Source of the DNA: Phycisphaerae bacterium
Lineage (GTDB): Bacteria > Planctomycetota > Phycisphaerae > UBA1845 > Fen-1342
Assembly: GCA_963675745.2 (NCBI GenBank)
Contig: CAXXWX010000011.1
Span: 1 to 44,718 of the forward strand
Reading direction: 5' to 3'
DNA length: 44,718 bases
The translations under genes were made by a program, and so were the position numbers. The notes under the pieces were generated by a model. It was not told the DNA's origin. It did not search any database and worked only from the letters and a program-made list of their open reading frames with translations. Positions 26,881 through 36,002 of the stretch are shown here, piece after piece (the stretch's first letter is position 1; each line of letters begins with the position of its first letter).

Positions 26881-27617
26881 GGCCAGCTCACCTCGCAGAT
26901 TCCTGATCCGGCGCTGATCGTGAGGATCGCGCCCGAACTGAAAGTGACTGTCTGATCCGCGCCCAGAACGTCTCCGCCCAGGTCAATCGGCATACCCGCC
27001 GCACTGAACCCCACGGCGCCGCCCTTTGCACTTGGAACCTTGCTGATGCCGAGCCCGGGAGCCAGCGCCTGCGCGTCGATCAGCCACGGCTCGTTGGTCA
27101 GGGGGTGATTAAGTGTGCTGGCGTCAATCGGGCCGCTGCTCGGCGTGGTCTCCTGCTGCAGCTCGTATGTGTTCTTGGCGGCATCGAAGGTACATAGTGT
27201 TCTCCGCCCGGAGAGCACCGCCAGGTGACGTGCATAGAGCACATCCGATCGCACGCGTCGCACCGCCGCCGCCGAGCGCCACTCGCCGGCGCCGCGCAAG
27301 CTGCCGACGGCAATGCCGGCCAGGATCATCGACAGCGTCATGACCGCGACCATTTCCATCAAAGTGAACGCACACCTGGCGGTCCCGCGCGCAAATCTCT
27401 CAGGTCGCCGGCCCGCAATGTAGCGCCGGCGCGCAATGTAGCGGCCTGCGCCTCGCAGGCCGTCGAACACCGGAAACGCCACCCCTGCGCGACGGCCTGC
27501 GAGGCGCAGGCCGCTACTGAGGCGCAGGCCGCTAGTGGGGTGCTGGCCGCTACTGAGGCGCAGGCCGCCGTTGAGGCGATGATCGTTACCGGGTTCACAC
27601 ACGAGGCTCGCGGGCAT
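26877..27617 (-). CDS. Minor (pseudo)pilin, GspH/FimT-like, with REP-expanded leader
   Basis: A|FTLMEMVAVMTLSMILAGIAV, VRSDVLYARHLA, VGFSAAGMP, TISAGSG. The ATG overlaps the upstream stop (TGATG). Confidence 0.8.
   Translation of the reverse strand: MPASLVCEPGNDHRLNGGLRLSSGQHPTSGLRLSSGLRLAGRRAGVAFPVFDGLRGAGRYIARRRYIAGRRPERFARGTARCAFTLMEMVAVMTLSMILAGIAVGSLRGAGEWRSAAAVRRVRSDVLYARHLAVLSGRRTLCTFDAAKNTYELQQETTPSSGPIDASTLNHPLTNEPWLIDAQALAPGLGISKVPSAKGGAVGFSAAGMPIDLGGDVLGADQTVTFSSGAILTISAGSGICEVSWP
27415..27570. repeat. REP doublet with partial copies, inside the pilin leader
   Basis: GTAGCGGCCTGCGCCTCGCAGGCCGTCG at 27438-27465, perfect inverted copy at 27490-27517, partial copies on both sides. 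Confidence 0.9.
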
Positions 27618-28492
27618 CAGCTTGCGGCTCCCATTGCCGCCGGCGCCGCTCGCACCGCGCCGGTTACGGTTATCTCAGTTGGCGGCGGCAACAGTCGATC
27701 GATCGCGCTGCGCACCGCGGCCGCATCGACCCGTTTCGCAAGCTCCAGATAGGCCACGTGCATGGAGAGGTGTGCCAGACGGTTGACCAGGCGGGGCACG
27801 CCGGCGGACCATTCCGCAATGACCTGTGCCGCTTCGTCTGTGAAGATCGGTTCGGACTGATTTGCGGCCGGCGTTTCAGCCGCCGTCGCCAGTCTGTGGT
27901 TGAGGTAATCTGGAATCGCGTTCGCCGTCAGCGGGCCGAGCGCTACGGTCGCAAACAGACGTTGCGACAGCCACTCGGGCCACCGCTGCGTCTCAGGCTG
28001 CGCGGCCCCCGCGAGCAAGACGCACGTTCGACATTGCTCGATATCCAGGTTGAGCAGCCAGCGCAGCGCTTCGAGCGTTTCACAGTCAGGATCGGCCGGC
28101 CACTCGTCGAGCATCACCACCAGCGCGCCAGTCTCGCCATCAACGTCGGCCGCGGCGCGCAGAATTGCGTCCATGGCCGCCGGTGTATCGGGCGCGAGCG
28201 TGTGCGTGAGGTGGTACGCGACACTTTGCAGCGGATTGACGCGCGCCAGAGCCACTTCGGGAACGAAGGAAACCAGATACTGCTCGCGCGGCAGCCGGCG
28301 GCGCAGGGCGCGCAGGATCAGCGTCTTGCCGCAACCCGCCTGTCCGTAAAGGGCCACCGGCTCTCCGCCTTCGCAGGCGGCATAGCTGACCGTGGCCAGC
28401 GCCTGCTCGACCGGCGCCGTGGCAAACAGGAACCGCGAATCCGGGCGGGCTTCGAACGGCGCGTGTTTCAGGCCCCAGTGACTCTGATACAT
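27617..28492 (-). CDS. ExeA/GspA/MshM-like AAA ATPase
   Basis: MYQSHWGLKHAPF, GQAGCGKT, VMLDE, YLNHRL, SAGVPRLVNRLA. GAGGAG RBS. Confidence 0.9.
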   Translation of the reverse strand: MYQSHWGLKHAPFEARPDSRFLFATAPVEQALATVSYAACEGGEPVALYGQAGCGKTLILRALRRRLPREQYLVSFVPEVALARVNPLQSVAYHLTHTLAPDTPAAMDAILRAAADVDGETGALVVMLDEWPADPDCETLEALRWLLNLDIEQCRTCVLLAGAAQPETQRWPEWLSQRLFATVALGPLTANAIPDYLNHRLATAAETPAANQSEPIFTDEAAQVIAEWSAGVPRLVNRLAHLSMHVAYLELAKRVDAAAVRSAIDRLLPPPTEITVTGAVRAAPAAMGAAS

Positions 28493-28506
28493 GATCGACC
28501 GCTCCT

Positions 28507-29727
28507 CTATTGCTTGAGCATCAGCGTGTTGGATTCCCACATCGGCAGGAATACGGCCAGCGCCACGCCCATGACGACGCTGCTGACCAGCAGTGTCAGC
28601 AGAGGTTCCAAGGCGGTCATCACGCGTTGGATGCGCACACGGATGACTTCCTCGTAGTGCTCCGCCGCCGCGCCCAGCGTCTCATCCAGTCTTCCGGTTT
28701 CCTCACCGACCGCGATCATCTGCTCCACCAACTGTGGCAGCGCCTTACCTTCGCTTACGGATATGGTCACGCTGCTGCCGGTGGCGACATCGCGGCGGAT
28801 CTTCCCGGTCAGGTCGCGCACGGGCCCCGGCATCAACATCTGCTCGATAACCTGAAGCGTCTCAATCAACGGCAGGCCGGACCGCTCCAGCAGGGCCAGC
28901 ATGCGCGAGAACTGGGTCACGGTTGAGAGGTAGTAGATTTCGCCCATCATCGGCAGGCGATTGACCGCGCGCCCGACCGCGCGCCGAAACGTCGGATTGG
29001 GACTAAGCAGCCAGATCGCGGCGATAACCGCCGCCAGTCCGCCGAGCAATTTCCAGGGGTGCCCGGTCAGCAGGTCGCTGGCGCCAATCAACACGCGCGT
29101 CGGCAGCGGCAGCGCGGCCCCGGATGCCTCGAATATCGACTGAAACTGCGGCACGACGCACGTGAGCATCACCACGCAGGCGCCGATCAGCGTCAGCACC
29201 ACGATGCCGGGGTACAGGAGCGCGCTGACGATTTCACGGCGCAGGCCGGCGCGACGTTCATAATACTTGATCAGCTCATCGAGCGATTCTGTGTGTACAC
29301 CGGCGGCCTCGCCGGCCCGAATCGTCCCCACGTAGAACGAGTCGAAGGTGCGCGGGTGGGCCGCGAGTGCCTCGGAAAGCGTCGTCCCGCGCTGAATGTC
29401 AGCGCCGATGCGGTCGAGCAACACGCCGTAGTTACCCTTTGCCCGCTGGCGCAGCAGGGCCAGCGTTGTCAGGATCGAAACGCCGCTGGCCAACATTACC
29501 TTCAACTGTCGCGAGAATTCGAGCAGCTCAGAGAGACGCAGGCGAATATTGGTGGTTCCGGCCGTGGCCCCGAACTTGTCCGTCGCGGATTTGACCAGCC
29601 GTGTCTTGAGCGGCAGCAGCGCGCGCTGTTCCAGCGCGCGGATGGCCTCGGCTTCCGAGGTGGCTTCGAGCAGGCCGGTCCGAACGTTTCCGCCGGCGTC
29701 GGCCGCCTGATAGGTGAAGCTCGGCAT
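28507..29727 (-). CDS. T2SS/T4P platform protein (GspF/PilC/MshG family)
   Basis: MPSFTYQA, FSRQL, GEAAG, ALLYP, VVPQF, MIAVGEETG, LEP, FLPMW. Confidence 0.93.
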   Translation of the reverse strand: MPSFTYQAADAGGNVRTGLLEATSEAEAIRALEQRALLPLKTRLVKSATDKFGATAGTTNIRLRLSELLEFSRQLKVMLASGVSILTTLALLRQRAKGNYGVLLDRIGADIQRGTTLSEALAAHPRTFDSFYVGTIRAGEAAGVHTESLDELIKYYERRAGLRREIVSALLYPGIVVLTLIGACVVMLTCVVPQFQSIFEASGAALPLPTRVLIGASDLLTGHPWKLLGGLAAVIAAIWLLSPNPTFRRAVGRAVNRLPMMGEIYYLSTVTQFSRMLALLERSGLPLIETLQVIEQMLMPGPVRDLTGKIRRDVATGSSVTISVSEGKALPQLVEQMIAVGEETGRLDETLGAAAEHYEEVIRVRIQRVMTALEPLLTLLVSSVVMGVALAVFLPMWESNTLMLKQ

Positions 29728-29730
29728 GGT

Positions 29731-31626
29731 CTAGTCCTCCACGCCGCAACACTGCTCGCGCGGTTGCAGCCAGCGCCTCAGCAGATGCTCGTAAGCGCCG
29801 ACGCTGAAGTCGGCGCGTCCGATCTCGGGCACTTCCGCCTGTCCGCGCGCAAGTTCCGCGGTGCGATACTGGCTGGGAAGCGGTTCAAGATCGCCGACGT
29901 CAAGCTGTCCGGCGACGCGCATGAGTTCCTCGATGGTCGTCAATCCCTGGCCGACCTTGTCGATTCCGTCCTCCTGAAGCAGGCGCATGCCGTCTTTGCG
30001 GGCCAGCGCTACCAGTTCGCGCTCGTTGGCACCCGCCGGTATCGCGCGGCGCATCTCATCGGTGATCACCAACAGTTCGTAGATTCCGGCTCGGCCACTG
30101 TATCCGGTGTTTGCACAGCGTTTGCAGCCCCCGGCTTGCATCAGCTCGCAGTCCTCCAGCAACGTGGCGGCTGACTGTGGCAATGCGGCCAGCGCCCGGG
30201 CGCGTGATTCGACCGGCCGCGCGCAATGCGGGCACAGACGCCGGCAGAGCCGTTGGGCCAGGATGCCCACCAGGGCCGACGAGACCAGGAAGTTGGCGAT
30301 GCCCATGTCGAGCAGGCGCACCGGGGCGGCGGCAGCGCTGTTGGTGTGCAGCGTGCTGAGCAGCAGGTGGCCGGTCAACGCCGCCTGGAGCGCGATTTCC
30401 GCCGTCTCCAGGTCACGGATCTCGCCCAGCATGATCACATCCGGGTCTTGACGCAGGATCGAGCGCAAGCCGCTCTGGAAGGTCAACCCGGCCTTGGGGG
30501 TCACGCCCACCTGTCGAATCTGCGGCAGGCGGATTTCGACCGGCTCTTCGAGGGTCACAATGCTCTGGCGGACCCGATCGATGCGTGTCAGCGCGGAATA
30601 AAGCGTGGTTGTCTTGCCGCTGCCGGTCGGGCCGGTGACCAGCAGCATGCCGTGCGGCAGGTGGATGAGCCGGTCGAAGGTGTTCTGGGTCCGCTCATCC
30701 ATGCCCAGCTCTTCGAGCGTGAGCAGGTGGCCACCGCTGTGGAGCAGACGCAGCACCACCGCCTCGCCGTCGGCCGACGGCAGCGTGGAGACGCGCACGT
30801 CCAGCTCTTTGCCGTCGATGGCCAGCTTGAAGTGGCCGTCCTGGGGCTTGCGGGTCTCGGCGATGTCCATGTGCGCGATCACCTTGATGCGCGAGACAAC
30901 CGCGGGCAGGAGCTCTTTGGGAGGCGCGGGCACTTCGCGCAACACGCCGTCGATGCGGAAGCGGATGCGCATGGCGTGTTCTTCGCCGTCGATGTGTACG
31001 TCGCTGGCCTTGCTGCCGGCGGCTTGGTCGAGCAGGACATTGACGAGCTTGACGGCCGGGGCGTCCGTGACGTCTTTGAGGATTTCCTCCCAGGCGATGG
31101 TGGCGGCACTCTTGGTGGCTTGGTGATCGGTAAAGCCGCCAAACGCCCATTCGATCAGGTGATTCAGGTCACGGTGGTTCGTGAGAACCTGGTCGACCTC
31201 ATAGCCGGTGTGCAGGCGGATCTGGTCCAGCAACGGCAGATCCAGCGGCCAGGTGACGGCCAGCGTGATGATGCGGTCGATCACGAAGAGCGGAAACAGC
31301 TCATGCGTGCGTATCCACTCTTCCGGTACCAGCAGGCGATTGTCGAGGTTGATGCGGAAGTCGCGCGGCTCGACGAATGCCAGTTCAAAACACTCGGCCT
31401 GGATGGCCGCCAGGTCGCGCTGCGTGACGCAGCCATGTTCGACGAGCCATTCGCCGGCTTGGCGCGGCTGGCGCCGACTTTCATTCCATGCGGACTCAAG
31501 GACCTCGGTTGTGACCAGCCCGGCTTGTTCGAGGGCCCCGATCCACGCCGGTTTGACGGCGGTCGAACCCTGAGAGGTTGCTGACACCGCCTTGCCGCCA
31601 GCCGTGGATGTGGTGCTGTTGCTCAT
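29731..31626 (-). CDS. T2SS/T4P assembly ATPase (GspE/PilB/MshE family)
   Basis: ASDVH, RFRIDGVL, PQDG, GPTGSGKTT, LRQDPDVIMLGEIRD, TGHLLLSTLHTN, CPHC/CKRC. Confidence 0.95.
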   Translation of the reverse strand: MSNSTTSTAGGKAVSATSQGSTAVKPAWIGALEQAGLVTTEVLESAWNESRRQPRQAGEWLVEHGCVTQRDLAAIQAECFELAFVEPRDFRINLDNRLLVPEEWIRTHELFPLFVIDRIITLAVTWPLDLPLLDQIRLHTGYEVDQVLTNHRDLNHLIEWAFGGFTDHQATKSAATIAWEEILKDVTDAPAVKLVNVLLDQAAGSKASDVHIDGEEHAMRIRFRIDGVLREVPAPPKELLPAVVSRIKVIAHMDIAETRKPQDGHFKLAIDGKELDVRVSTLPSADGEAVVLRLLHSGGHLLTLEELGMDERTQNTFDRLIHLPHGMLLVTGPTGSGKTTTLYSALTRIDRVRQSIVTLEEPVEIRLPQIRQVGVTPKAGLTFQSGLRSILRQDPDVIMLGEIRDLETAEIALQAALTGHLLLSTLHTNSAAAAPVRLLDMGIANFLVSSALVGILAQRLCRRLCPHCARPVESRARALAALPQSAATLLEDCELMQAGGCKRCANTGYSGRAGIYELLVITDEMRRAIPAGANERELVALARKDGMRLLQEDGIDKVGQGLTTIEELMRVAGQLDVGDLEPLPSQYRTAELARGQAEVPEIGRADFSVGAYEHLLRRWLQPREQCCGVED

Positions 31627-31997
31627 CCTTCCGCCTCCCGCGTGGCCGCCTGTTCAAGCACCTCGGAGAATTCCGAGTTGGCATCATCAAAACGCAGGCC
31701 CACCCCGTAACGCGGTTCGCGGTCCACCATCTGGACGTTCATCACACGCGCGGACAGGCTGCCGGCCGGTAATGTGCCCCCCGGCGGTATCTCCAACTCC
31801 ACCTGGGCGGCACGCGGCAAGTAAACCGGTACGACCACGAATGCCCCCCCGCGGCTCGCGTTCTTCAGGCGACCGGGAACCGATGGGCCACCGGTGGGCG
31901 CAACCTGCTTTCGGCTGCTCTCACGGATCACAAGTTGAACGCGAACGTCGATCGCACGGCGTTCGTATTGTCGGCGATGAGTAACGTGTTGAGCCAT
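31623..31997 (-). CDS. PilZ domain protein
   Basis: RRQYERR (RxxxR), NASRGG (NxSxxG), GVGLRF. Confidence 0.85.
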   Translation of the reverse strand: MAQHVTHRRQYERRAIDVRVQLVIRESSRKQVAPTGGPSVPGRLKNASRGGAFVVVPVYLPRAAQVELEIPPGGTLPAGSLSARVMNVQMVDREPRYGVGLRFDDANSEFSEVLEQAATREAEG

Positions 31998-32239
31998 CGG
32001 GCACCGGGCGTAGCTGGACCATGGGCCGAGACCAGGTCGGCTCCGGAGGATTCATCGAACGAATCGGACGTGGTGATTAGCAAGCCCACCGCAGTTATCA
32101 GACCAATAGGCGAAGCCCCGGATCATGCGTTGCCGGCGACGTCACATCGGACCTGCAAAAACGAAAGCGATCGCGTGCCCCACGTGCGGCGGTGGGTCAC
32201 GCGATCGCGGCAAGGAGTCCGGCGGACGCCGGTCAGCGG

Positions 32240-32638
32240 CTAGTCGCTGTAATAATCGTACGAATAGCCCGCGTCGTAATAACCGGCGTCCTGGTAGTAG
32301 TCGTTTGACTCGTAGTAATCCCAATGACCCGTCTGATCGTAATACTCCTGGTCGTAGTAGTTATCGTTGTAATAGTCGTCGGCGGACGGGTAGTCCGTGT
32401 AGTACTCATTGAAGTACGCCGGGTCGTCGAAGTAGACGTCGTTGTAACCCGTCGTGTTCCAGCCGGAGCCGGTCCCGGCGTTAGATCCGCCTGACCACCC
32501 GCCACCGTAGGGCGACGAACTCATGGCCGGCGCGAAGCTCGACGCCGCATTCACGGCGGTGGTGTACGGGTCGCAGCCCGTCGTGGCGCACAAGAGCGAG
32601 ATCAGCGTGACAGCGGCGAGTGAATGCTTGCGGGACAT
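32240..32638 (-). CDS. Small lipoprotein with Tyr/Asp-rich low-complexity tail
   Basis: GAGGAG RBS, MSRKHSLAAVTLISLLCATTG|C, tail with repeated YY dipeptides. Confidence 0.75.
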   Translation of the reverse strand: MSRKHSLAAVTLISLLCATTGCDPYTTAVNAASSFAPAMSSSPYGGGWSGGSNAGTGSGWNTTGYNDVYFDDPAYFNEYYTDYPSADDYYNDNYYDQEYYDQTGHWDYYESNDYYQDAGYYDAGYSYDYYSD

Positions 32639-32820
32639 GACTGCTCCTCGGTTGGGGGTCCTGCTCATGGTCCCGGTCACGACGACCGGTGCATCAGCTA
32701 TTCACGCCCCTCGGCCGGATGTGACAGACGGCGCCCAAAAAACAACCACGGCCGCCAAGGCGCGGGTGCCCCATGGCTTGCCACGGGGGACTGACCACAC
32801 TGCGAGTTGGAAAGCTATAT

Positions 32821-33918
32821 TCAGCGCCAGCGTGCCAGCAACTCACCGACGCGCGCATCGCCGTCGCCGGCGGCGATGCCGGCCAACAACTCGGCGGCAC
32901 GGGCGGTCTGGTCCAGGCGCGCGTGGCTCAGCGCAGCGAGCAGGCGCGCGTCGCGCTGGTTTGGATCGCGTTCAAGCACCCGCTGGGCCGCGGCCAAGGC
33001 CTCGGCGGGCTTGCCGCACGCGAGGCAGGTAGCGCTGAGGCCGAGTTGGGCCGCTCGATCGTCAGGGTGTGTGAGCGCAATGATGTTGTAGTTCTGCCGG
33101 GCATCTTCATACCGTCGCGCGGACACCTGGCATCCCGCCAGACGGTGCCGCAGCTCGCGTCGCTCATCGGTATCCGCGCAGTCAGCGATGAGATCACGCC
33201 AGAGGTCCGCGGCGCGCGCGTACTGGCCGGCGGCCTTACAGGCATCCGCCAGTCGGCGGCGTACCACGCGTGAGCCGCGTTCGGCGAGCGCCGCCGTGTC
33301 CCACTCGGAAAGCGCCCCATCGACATCGCCAATCTGTTCGCACAGCCGCGCCGCCAGCACGTGAACCGCCGCATCGCCCGCGTAAGCGCGGCGTTCACGG
33401 TTCAGCACTTCCGCGGCCTCTTGCGCGCGATCAGCGAGCACCAGCGCGTCAATCCACCCGCAGAGCGACTCGACGCTCGGCCGCCGTCGATACGCGGCCT
33501 CATACGCGGCGGCGGCCTGGGTGTTCTGACCCAGACCTTCGTAGGCGATTGCGCGCAAGTGGTCGTAGCCGTCCACCGGCAACGCCTCTGCTGGTACTTC
33601 ATCGAGTGTGCTCAGCGCTGACTCGTAGTGCCCCTCCTCAATCTCGACGCGTGCTTTGGCAAGGGTAACGCGCGGGTCCGGCACCTGCGCGATGGCTTCG
33701 AGCGTGCGCCGGGCGTTGTCAAACTTGCCGGCCGCCATGTGTTCGTCCGCCACCTGTAGCGTGGCGCCCACCCGTGCCCGGTCCCAGCGGGTCAACTTGG
33801 GCTCGCGCTGCTGCATGGACTGGCAGCCGCCGGCGACGAGAAGCACGCCCGTGGCGGCAACGAGTTGCAGCACGAGTGGCACGGTTGTGCGGATCTGACG
33901 TGGGGCGCTGCTGGTCAT
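32821..33918 (-). CDS. TPR-repeat lipoprotein (pilotin/MshN-like)
   Basis: VLLVAGG|C lipobox and TPR-like helices (GKFDNARRTL, GQYARAADLW, ERDPNQRDARLL). Directly downstream of the secretin. Confidence 0.8.
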   Translation of the reverse strand: MTSSAPRQIRTTVPLVLQLVAATGVLLVAGGCQSMQQREPKLTRWDRARVGATLQVADEHMAAGKFDNARRTLEAIAQVPDPRVTLAKARVEIEEGHYESALSTLDEVPAEALPVDGYDHLRAIAYEGLGQNTQAAAAYEAAYRRRPSVESLCGWIDALVLADRAQEAAEVLNRERRAYAGDAAVHVLAARLCEQIGDVDGALSEWDTAALAERGSRVVRRRLADACKAAGQYARAADLWRDLIADCADTDERRELRHRLAGCQVSARRYEDARQNYNIIALTHPDDRAAQLGLSATCLACGKPAEALAAAQRVLERDPNQRDARLLAALSHARLDQTARAAELLAGIAAGDGDARVGELLARWR

Positions 33919-33928
33919 GGTCTGGTAG

Positions 33929-35677
33929 TCACTCCGGTGTGTCGTTATTTCGTTCCAATTCCGCGTCAATCAACTCGCGCACCAGATCGTGCACAACACT
34001 CGAGTCGGGCTCGGCGGTGGCCCGCCCGGTGAGTTCAGTGCGTAGCCAGTCGGCTTCGATGAAGCGCGGATTCAGGGACAGCGCCAGATCGACATCCCAA
34101 CGCGCGCTGCCGAGGCGGCCCGCGCGTTGGTGCTCCAGTGCCCAGCCGTAGTGAGCCTGGGCCAGACGCTCGCGTCCCCACGGCATCAGGCCCCGGTGGG
34201 CCATGACGCGCCAGCGTTCGATCTCGCCGGCCATCCACTCGGCGGTTTCATGGCCCTGATCACCCTCGATGATGTGCGGGGTGATCAGCACGATGACTTC
34301 CTCGCGCACGGCGTTGTTGTTTTCCCCGCGGAAGAGCGGACCAATGAGCGGAAGATTGCCAAACCAGGGAATCTGGGTGGCGGTGGCACTGGTGACCTCG
34401 CGGAACAAGCCGCCGATCACCAGCGTGTGCCCATCCTTGACCAGGACGTTGGCGGTTACCTCGGTCGTGTCCTTGAACGGCAGGTTGTCGGGCGTGAGGC
34501 CGCCGCTGCTGTCCTCGGGGTGGATATCCATGCGGACATAACCGTCATCGCTGATGAACGGGCGAAAGAGAATCTGCGTTCCAGTCTCGATGAACTCGAC
34601 CGTTTCGGTGGCGACGGTTTCGGTGACCGTGGTCGTCAGATAGCCGTCCTGGCGTCCCACGATTACGCGCCCGGGTTGCTCGTTGACCGTGAGCACTTTG
34701 GGATTGGCCACAATTGTCAGATCAACGGTTTCTTCAAGGGCGCGCACAAACATGGCCACGTTGTTCGTGATCACCCCGAGGCTCAGTCCGCCGGGTGGCA
34801 CCTGCACTCCGAAGTCTGTCTCCAACGCGCCCAGCCCGTTGTCGAACTCCGGTTGCGGTACGTCCTGCGGCGTCAGATTGGTGCCGCCGGTGCTGGTGGC
34901 GTCGATCGTACGGAAGTCGATCCCGGCCAGGACGTTGAAGTCGATACCCAGCGCGTTGGTTTCGTTGAGCCGGGCGCGCAGGATGACCGCTTCGATCAAG
35001 ACCTGACGCGGGCGGACGTCAAGCCGGTTGAGCACCGCGGCGATCTCGTCGAGCACCTCCGGGAAATCGCGCACGACGATCAGCTCGCGCGACGCCCGGC
35101 TGCGACCGCCAAGACCGGCGTTCAGGGCCGCGTCAAAATCCTCCGCCGTAAGCGCCACCCCCTCGACCTTCGATGGTCCCGTGTTGGTGATCATTCCCTG
35201 CGGACCGAGCAGCGACGTGACGATCGGTACGGCTTCAGCGGCGGTAACATGGTTCAGTTCGAAGATGCGCAGCTCAACGGCGCGGTCGCTGTTGAGGATC
35301 GTGTCGCGTTCGGCGGCCGGACACACGCAGATCAGCTTGCCGCGCGGAAACCACACATAGCCGCCGGGCGTCAGCAGAGCGTCAAGCGCTTCGTCAAAGG
35401 TCACCTGGTACAAATCGCTCGTAATATGTGCGGTGACACTTTCGGACACGCTGATATTGCGCCGCGCCCGCTGGCTGAGCAGCCGCAATGCGTCCGGCAG
35501 CGGAATATCGCGCAGATGAATGTCCAGCAGCCCGGCCTCGTTGACCTGCACCTCCTGCCCGGTGAGCGCCTCAGGTTGGGCGTCGGGCTCAGCGTCGGGC
35601 TCGGCCACAACCTGGGCGTGTGTAAGTCCAGCGAGCAGAATCAGCGCCGCGGTGCCGAGGGTCAATCTGGGTGCCAT
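33929..35677 (-). CDS. Secretin (GspD/PilQ/MshL family)
   Basis: AGGAGGT RBS, signal peptide, PRQVLIEAVI, NPKVLTVN, VKDGHTLVIGGL, IPWFGNLPLIGPLFR, VLITPHII. Confidence 0.93.
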   Translation of the reverse strand: MAPRLTLGTAALILLAGLTHAQVVAEPDAEPDAQPEALTGQEVQVNEAGLLDIHLRDIPLPDALRLLSQRARRNISVSESVTAHITSDLYQVTFDEALDALLTPGGYVWFPRGKLICVCPAAERDTILNSDRAVELRIFELNHVTAAEAVPIVTSLLGPQGMITNTGPSKVEGVALTAEDFDAALNAGLGGRSRASRELIVVRDFPEVLDEIAAVLNRLDVRPRQVLIEAVILRARLNETNALGIDFNVLAGIDFRTIDATSTGGTNLTPQDVPQPEFDNGLGALETDFGVQVPPGGLSLGVITNNVAMFVRALEETVDLTIVANPKVLTVNEQPGRVIVGRQDGYLTTTVTETVATETVEFIETGTQILFRPFISDDGYVRMDIHPEDSSGGLTPDNLPFKDTTEVTANVLVKDGHTLVIGGLFREVTSATATQIPWFGNLPLIGPLFRGENNNAVREEVIVLITPHIIEGDQGHETAEWMAGEIERWRVMAHRGLMPWGRERLAQAHYGWALEHQRAGRLGSARWDVDLALSLNPRFIEADWLRTELTGRATAEPDSSVVHDLVRELIDAELERNNDTPE

Positions 35678-36002
35678 CCGCGTATTACCTCCTAGAAACG
35701 CCGGCGCGCGAACGCCGACATGAGCCGCCGGCGCCGTACGCAAGGGGACGCCATTATGTTTTCGGGCACTCGGTGGTCATCGCTTTATCGGGTCATCAGG
35801 CTGGTCGCCGAGCGTGGGCAGTCAGCGTCGCGGCACGACGGCGCGGGAATTGCGCGACCTCGTGCCCAAGCCCCCAAACGCAGGACAGCGTGCCGCGGCG
35901 TATGAATCGCGCGGCGTAGCCGGTACAATGCGCCGCCTGTTGGAAGCGGGCCGGAACAGCGCCCGCGAACGCACCATGCCACAAACACCAGGAGGACTGC
36001 TC

